Assembly (NCBI GenBank): GCA_964016885.1
Contig: OZ024743.1
Location: 326,802,001 to 326,866,000, forward strand
Length of the DNA stretch: 64,000 nt
Source: Eledone cirrhosa
Lineage: Eukaryota
Direction of reading: 5' to 3'
Both the position numbers and the translations under genes were made by a program. Position 1 is the first letter of the stretch, and each line of letters starts with the position of its first letter. Shown in pieces: positions 57,001-64,000 of this stretch. The notes below the pieces were generated by a model, which saw only the letters and a list, made by a program, of their open reading frames with translations, was not told the origin of the DNA and did no database searches.

Positions 57001-57635
57001 ATACTGAGTTAGAAACTCAAAATAGTCTCTTACAATTAAATAGCCGTGTAATATAATTGAATATACAAGAGAGATGAACACTAATATAAACATACATGTG
57101 TCCGAATTGTAAAGGACCAGGTTTGCTAGGGTGAAAAAATACTAACTATAGCAATATGGTTTGCCAGACTTAATTTAAAGTAGTAAATTAAGAAAAATAA
57201 TAACAAACCTATATTGGGCAACTGCCTGAAAACACCTAGACAGTTATAGAAACTATTTCCCAAAAATCATATTAAGTGAAGTCATCACCATTTCTCTGCT
57301 CATCAGTAGGTGTCAAGAAATTAGCGATCCTTCCACTTCTAAAAATATTAGAAGACTGAATTGTGTGCGATATGAAATAGCACACGTGTCTTCGGACCTA
57401 GCTTGTCTCGAAAACCTATGCCGCTAAAAATAGCAGCCTGGTTAACACAACATTAAAATTAGCTCTACATGATGGAGCCGACAAATATATACTGAGTTAG
57501 AAACTCAAAATAGTCTCTTACAATTAAATAGCTCTAAGAAAAAAGCTTTTCCGAGCCATGTAATATAATTGTCCTTTACAATTCGGACACATGTATGTTT
57601 ATATTAGTGTTCATCTCTCATGTATATTAAATTAT
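57001..57635. mobile_element. ORF-less element with terminal direct and inverted repeats and an internal hammerhead
   Basis: Direct repeat at 57001-57044 and 57489-57532. Inverted repeat at 57053-57117 and 57571-57635. Confidence 0.7.
57231..57314 (-). ncRNA. Type I hammerhead ribozyme with a full stem III
   Basis: Minus strand GACACCTA-CTGATGA-GCAGAGA..GGTGA TGACT TCACT..TTTTTGG-GAAA-TAGTT TCTAT AACTG-TC-TAGGTGTT, with a 7-8-bp stem I and a GUC triplet. The closing pair of stem II is G.G. Confidence 0.8.
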
Positions 57636-57798
57636 GGTGTTAGGAAGGGCATCCAGCTGTAGAAAACCCGCCAGACAGTCCTATGCGAGCAAGACAACCA
57701 CTCTTGCCTCAAGTGGGAAAACCCCCGTCCAAACCCATGCAAGCGTGGAACACGGACGCTAAACCTGATGATGATGATGATGATGATGATATATATAT

Positions 57799-60275
57799 CT
57801 GGAGCAGACCAATTGGCAGGAGGAGAGTAACTTGGTGGTGGAACAGTAAGGTGGAAGAGACAATCAAGGCCAAAAAGCAGGCTTGGAAAGTATGGCAGGA
57901 TGGGGGAAGTAGAGAGCACTATCAAGTGGCCAGGAGAGAAGCTAGGAGACAAGTGTACCTTGCAAAAAGGGGTAGCAGAGGATAGAAAGTTCAAGCATGT
58001 TCTGCAACGTGAGGACCAAAAACGTGAGGTGTTCAGGATTACTAGACAATGTGTCAAGGAAAACCGTGATATTGTCAGGGAGAAGTGTGTCCGTAATGAT
58101 AACGGTGTACTTGCCCTCACTGATACTGATAAGAAGATAGCCTGGAAGTGTCACTACGAGAGACTATTAAATGAGGAGAATAAGTGGGAAACAGATAGTC
58201 TGCCCCAAATCGATCCAATAGAAGGACCAGCAGTGCAAGTTACAGGTAGTATAATAAGTAAGGCAATCAAAGATATGAAGACAGGCAAGGCAGCTGGGCC
58301 TTTGGGGATAGTTGCTGAGATGTTGAAGGCATCTGGTATGGTGGGACACACTATGGTCACCCGTATAGTTAACCAAGTAATACAGAATGGGGTCATACTG
58401 AAAGACTGGCATATCAGCATCATCATTAACTGCTACAAGGGTAAAGGGGATGCTCTAGATAAGGGAAACTATAGAGGCATTAAGTTAGTTGACCAGGTCA
58501 TGCCGGTCTCAGAAAGAGTTATAGCGCAACTAATCAGAGAGCGAATTGATCTAGATGAAATGCAGTTTGGGTTTGTGTCAGGTAAAAGTACCACAGACGC
58601 TCTTTTCCTTGTACGACAACTACAAGAGAAGTACCTAGCTAAAAGTAAACCCCTCTACTTAGCTTTTGTAGACCTGGAGAAAGCTTTTGACAGAGTCCCC
58701 CGCTCCATTATCTGGTGGGCTCTTAGAAAACTAGGTGTAGATGAATGGCTTGTGAGAGCTATACAAGCTATGTATAATGAAACAGTCAGTAAGGTTAGAA
58801 TTAACAATGAATATTGTAAAGAATTTAGTGTAAAAGTTGACGTTCATCAAGGCTCTGTCCTTAGCCCCCTCCTATTTATTATTGCCCTTCAGGCTATAAC
58901 AGAGGAGTTCAAGACCGGCTTCCCATGGGAACTCCTATACGCAGATGATCTAACGCTCATAGCTGAATCAATGGCCGAACTAGAGAAGAAATTCCAAACA
59001 TGGAAGCATGGCCTAGAATCAAAAGGCCTTAAAGTTAACTTGTCTAAGACTAAAGTTCTAGTTTGTAGAAAGGAAAATAGGGCACAGGTGCCCTCAGGGA
59101 AATGGCCATGCTCAGTGTGTAGGAAAGGAGTAGGCAGAAATTCCATTTTATGTCCCAAATTTCAAAGTATGGGTACATAAAAGATGTAGTGGGATCACAG
59201 GTAAACTATCTAAGAAAGTAGACTTTATCTGTGGCCAATGCTCAGGTGCAATAAGTAGCAAGTATCCAAAGGATACTAGCTCCTTCCATTCCCCAGATGG
59301 TTCTATAGAAATAGTAGACACTTTCCGTTACCTGGGTGACAAAATCAGCAGTGGTGGAGGGTGCTCTGAAAGTACAGTAGCCAGAGTCAGAACAGGATGG
59401 AAAAAGTTCAGAGAGCTTATACCGCTGTTGGCCACAAAAGGTTTCTCTCTAAAAATGAAAGGCAGATTGTATGATGCCTGTATACGAACAGCAATGCTAC
59501 ATGGCAGTGAGACATGGGCATTACGTGCAGAGGACCTGCGTAGACTGGAAAGGAATGAAGCATGCATGCTCCGTTGGATGTGTAATAGTAATATACGTGA
59601 ACAGCAAAGCATAAATGAGCTAAGTGAGAAATTAGGAATAAGAGGGATCAGATGCTGTTTACTTGAGAGAAGACTACATTGGTATGGTCACGTGATGCGC
59701 ATGAAAGACAACAGCTGCATAAAAAAGTGCAGGGCGATCAAAATTGATGGTAGTTAGGGAGTAGGTAGACCCAGAAAAACCTGGGATGATCTGATAAATT
59801 CCGACCTCACACACACCTCTCTAAGACAATGTCACTGGACCGAGATCTTTGGCGCTATGCAGTAATACAGAAGACCCGCCTTGCCTATGTACAAAGCAAA
59901 ACCTACAGTCAGTAGGCACCTCTTAACCAAATATACACCCCAATCTACTACCCCTACCCTATCCTCCCACTCCCACCAACAGCATGAGAAAATGAGATCG
60001 AGTTCGTGTAGGTGTCACAACAAAAAAACACACACAGTCCACGCTGTAATGTGGCCGTGTAGGTAACACGGTAAAAACCTCCCAGTTCCACACTGTAAAT
60101 GTGGTTGGTGTTAGGAAGGGCAGCCAGCCGTGGAAAACCTGCCAGATAGGCTTATATGAGCGAGACACGGTCACTCGACTAACCTTGCCTCAAGTGGGAC
60201 AACTCCCGTCTAACCCATGCTAGTGTGGAAAATGGACGTTAAACGAAGATGATGATGATGATGATGATGATGATG
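57799..60275 (+). mobile_element. RTE-clade LINE, 5'-truncated, RT domain largely intact
   Basis: The 426-aa ORF has GKAAGP, YKGKGD..NYRGIKL, QFGF, AFVDLEKAFDRV, QGSVLSP and LLYADDL. Frameshifts occur near 57960 and 59160 and a stop at ~59755. It has a (GAT)n tail and is preceded by an isolated RTE tail at 57636-57790. Confidence 0.95.
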
Positions 60276-60627
60276 AATCATCATTCAATGTCCATTTTCC
60301 ATGCTAGCATGGGTAGGACAGGATGTTCCTTTGTGATAGATCAGGTTGGAAGACCCGTGTTTTGCTCACACATAACTGATATATGTATATTAGAACTATA
60401 TAATGTAAGTAATATTTTAATTTTCTACTTGATTATATGTTTTTTATGCAAGATATTAATAATGTACCCATAACAATATCTGGATGGGTGCTCTCTGTTC
60501 TTCATATTTTACTGCCAAATTTACATCAAGCGTTTATGGTCAGCAAATCAGTAGTTTAATATATTGATATAATTACATAGTGTGTATATATACATATATA
60601 CATATATATATATAGAGATAGATTTCA

Positions 60628-60931
60628 TATTTCTAAAGAAACAGAGTTTTAGGAAGCCGTAGCTATGCAAACACCGGGGCTATCGCCCTCTGGTGGTGTC
60701 CAGCAGAAGCAAGGGGGACAACCGTCTATGCATTTCAGGTTTGACTGGCCTTCTCGACTGTTTTCAAGTCCAGCAGTTGCAAGCAATGGGAGGGACCGTC
60801 CTGAAGAAGGCCAGTTAAGCCTGAAATGCATAGATAGTTGTCCCCCTTGCTTCTGCTGGACACCACCAGAGGGCGTTAGCCCTGGTGTTTGCATAGCTAC
60901 GGATTCCTAAAACCCTGTTTCTTTAGAAATA
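60628..60931. repeat. Inverted-repeat cassette (127-bp arms, 50-bp spacer) with hammerhead and CTCF-like motifs
   Basis: Arms 60628-60754 and 60805-60931 differ by about 8 substitutions. Confidence 0.9.
60795..60838 (+). ncRNA. Minimal hammerhead motif
   Basis: ACCGTC-CTGAAGA-AGGC CAGTTAA GCCT-GAAATGCATA-GATAGT. The mirror arm preserves GACGGT, which restores a perfect 6-bp stem I. Confidence 0.82.
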
Positions 60932-61205
60932 CAACATTTCTATACATATTTGTATAATGTTATGCTTGAAGCGAAATCCTATATATATATATATATACAT
61001 ATATATATGCATACATGTATGTGTATATATATATATGCATACATGTATGTGTGTGTATATATATATATGCATACATGTATGTGTGTATATATATATAAAT
61101 ACATATACATGTATGTATATACAAATATATAAAAGTTGGATGAAACATAGGACAGTCCCTCTCATCAGTAAATTTCTGGAGGTCCTTGTGATTTCAATGC
61201 ATTAA

Positions 61206-61415
61206 CTCTTTAGTATTCACATTACTCTACATATACTATTATATTTTCATGGTAAATGCTTTATCTCACATAATTATCTTACATAATATCGAATCTATGA
61301 GATTTTGAAAGTATTTATTTTGAGAACAATACCTTAACATCAGTATGAGTAACCAGTTACAGCCAGTTTCAACAGAAAAAGGTAGAGAATTCTGGCCGGT
61401 TTGAACATTAAAGGG
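61206..61415. mobile_element. TTAA-targeting (piggyBac-like) MITE
   Basis: TTAA|CTCTTTAGTATTCA ... TGAACATTAAAGGG|TTAA. A paralogous empty site lies at ~61811. A related end lies at ~2375-2456. Confidence 0.82.
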
Positions 61416-62541
61416 TTAAGGTCAGTATCATTACTCCAGTGTACATAGGACAGTAACAAATGGACATATTACATACAACTTTTTACAAAAATAAAATAAA
61501 ATAAAATTTACTACAAACAAATGTTCTGCAACAAGAAAAGAAAGTATGCACAAAATATGAAGAGGGAGAGAGAGTTTGAGCATTAGTCCTAAATAGACAG
61601 ACACAAGCAGAGAGAAAGAAAGTGAAGAAAAGAACAGGGAACACAGTGGTATAACATAAAACAAATCAATGTGAAAAAATAATCTGCGCAGCTAAGATCT
61701 TATTAAATTAATTTTAAAAACGTTGGGTAAAGACAACAGAAAACCAAATGAAGCAAAAGATAGTACCTTCTCATCAGTCAACCTCTGGAGGTCCTAGTGA
61801 TTTCAGTTCATTAACGTCAATATCATTAATTTCAGTATACATAGGACAGTAACAAATGGACACAAGACAATATAATTGGTCTTCCAACTATTTACAAATA
61901 GAAAGACCCCTATTTGAGCGAGACACGAGGACCCGTCTAACCCATGCTAGCATGGAAGATGGACGTTAATCGATGATAATGATGAATTGTTTCTGAGGAA
62001 AGACAGCAGATTAGATGTGCTTCTTTGAGGCTGGTGGTATGAAGTTCCATAACTACCATCAATAATTCTGCTCTCTGAAATGATAAAACAATGGATTAAT
62101 TAACTACTTCACCTCCATTTTTTTCTTCTTTCATTGTCTAACATTATATATATATATATACAGGACCGTGACCTCTGGTGTCACACAGTAATACAGAAGA
62201 CTCGACTTCCCACGGGTACATGCCGAAGCTGAAGCATATAGACAATATGCCCCCACCCCCTCCCACTGCAAAGTGGTCGTGGAGGTGCCATGGCAAAAAA
62301 GCACCCAGCCTACACAGTAAAGTGGTAGTGCAGGCGCCACGGTAAAAGAACACCCAGCACTCACTGTAAATCAGGTTGATGTTAGGAAGGGCATCCAGCT
62401 GTAGAAATCAAGTCAGAATCAGCTCCAGTATGAGCAAGACAAGGTTAGCTAGCCGGACACTGCCCACAACAGGACAACCCGTCTAACCCATGCTAGCGTG
62501 GAGAACAGATGTAAAATGGTGATGATGATGATATATATGCG

Positions 62542-62682
62542 TCAAGGCCCAAATTTGACCATATCTCCAGAAAACAAGAGGCATCCAAGTAGAAGTGTTA
62601 AAAACTTGTATTAACGCCTGAAGAAAGGTCTCTATTTTAATGCCCCTTATTTTCTTGGGGTAGGGTCAAATTTGGGCTTTGA
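62542..62682. repeat. Small MITE-like inverted repeat (~42-bp arms)
   Basis: TCAAGGCCCAAATTTGACCATATCTCCAGAAAACAAGAGGCAT versus ATGCCCCTTATTTTCTTGGGGTAGGGTCAAATTTGGGCTTTGA. Confidence 0.7.
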
Positions 62683-62828
62683 AACCTTGAGTAGCCCCTT
62701 TGTTCTGTGTATGAACATAAATAAATATAATATTTCTGCTCTCTTGCCAATTGAGCACTGTTTTCCTTTTTCCTTTTCACATCTACAGATATTGCTACAT
62801 TGAACCCGGGACTCACATTATATATATA

Positions 62829-63738
62829 CGAGGTGGGTCAGAAAAGTTCCAGGACTGATGTCACAAAAGATTTATTTCAAACCCAAACTTCACACTAAGA
62901 GTTTCCTCCTTCAAAGTAATCCCCCTGGAGTCTAATGTACTTTTACATCCTTTTGCGCCATGCTTGCATACACTCCTGGAAGAATTCTTCCGGGATCCTA
63001 CGCAGTTCTGTCGTCACAGCCTTTTTGATGTCGTCCACGTCTTCAAAACGGGTCCCCTCCGGGTCGTACTCGAAGATCCATCACTGGTGATGACTGTCCC
63101 TAGTAAGTCTGGTTCGGTTTCAAGACGCTCGAGGATGTCCTGGCACACTTGCATGCGTCAACCCTTCTGGTCATCGTTCAGCAGTTTTGGCACCATCTTC
63201 GCGCAGACTTTCCGCATGTCCAAATCTTCAGTGACAATCTTCCAGACGCTGTCCCGATTCATGCCCAGCTCATTTGCCATCAGTCGAACAGTCAGCCGAC
63301 GATCGCTATGCACCATCTGCCTGACGCGCTCATCGTTGACCTCAGTCCTGGTTGTTGAGGGCCTTCCGCTCCTGGGGTCATCTTCCACATCCTCGCGTCC
63401 TTCTTTAAACCTCTTGCACCACTCAAAAACACGTGAGCGTGACATCGTCTCATCTCCATACACTTGCTGCAGCAATTCCAGTGCTTCTGACGGAGTTTTC
63501 CCCAACCGTACCAGAAACTTCAAGTTTGTTCGCTGCTCTCTGCTCATTGCTTGACGACCTGAAACAGAGGACATGTATATAAAATTATGAAGAAAAAAGT
63601 TTGATCGCTGCAGAGAACTAAGATTACAGTTACATACTACAGGGGGATTACTTTGAAGGAGAAAACTCTTAGTGTGAAGTTTGGATTTGAAATAAATCTT
63701 TTGTGACATCAGTCCTGGAACTTTTCTGACACACCTTG
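62829..63738 (-). mobile_element. Mariner element with an internal deletion of the catalytic domain
   Basis: TA-flanked ~97-bp inverted ends. Translates as MSREQRTNLKFLVRLGKTPSEA..SRVFEWCKRFKEGRE..RSGRP..KVCAKMVPKLL, with a junction at ~63060 to GTRFEDVDDIKK..GDYFEG. Confidence 0.92.
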
Positions 63739-64000
63739 TATATGTGTGTGTGTGTGTGTGTGTGTAAACAGTTGTTAAGACTATTGTCTTGTCTTTTATC
63801 CATTTGTGACTGTCCTTTATTTGTATTATTTGAAAATAGTCGTTAAGACTGTCGTCTTGTCTGTTGCTCATTTATTACTGTCCCTTGTGCACTAGAGTCA
63901 GTTGTAACCTTAAAGCACCAAGACAACGTATCTCTGGCAGTCGACTGATACTGTCTGTATTCATTTTCCTGTGTTCGCCCATATTTTTTATTCATTCGTA

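Noticed and set aside
60649-60910. Two near-identical 81-aa ORFs on opposite strands
   Set aside because: This is an automatic consequence of the palindrome, with no recognisable protein motif.
61150-61180. CTGATGA motifs here (minus strand) and at ~11267, 18837, 24467 and 61775
   Set aside because: They lack a correctly placed stem II-GAAA and a complementary stem I.
61990-62076. Minus-strand acceptor TTTTATCATTTCAG followed by open frames
   Set aside because: No donor site or recognisable homology, so the evidence is insufficient.

Overview
This is AT-rich, repeat-dense eukaryotic DNA. The SINE families and the (TA)n/(CA)n/(CAT)n load suggest an octopod cephalopod, but that is an inference. 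No host protein-coding gene can be confidently called, and nearly all listed ORFs are microsatellite or satellite artefacts or transposon remnants. The window is dominated by a ~24-kb satellite (25.6-49.6 kb) with a ~52-bp unit and higher-order duplications. Around it lie tRNA-derived SINEs, a 5S rRNA pseudogene inside a hAT-like shell, and relics of R4/Dong, CRE-like, RTE, CR1, gypsy-like, Penelope-like, Helitron, mariner, hAT/Charlie and TTAA-targeting elements. The most striking signal is a set of hammerhead ribozyme motifs from at least five unrelated sequence families. Several sit in ORF-less fold-back (inverted-repeat) cassettes next to (TA)n tracts at 54.4-54.9, 55.0-55.3, 57.0-57.6 and 60.6-60.9 kb, and one cassette also carries a CTCF-like motif in each arm. 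Coordinates were read by eye and may be off by a few bases, more at the edges of degraded elements.
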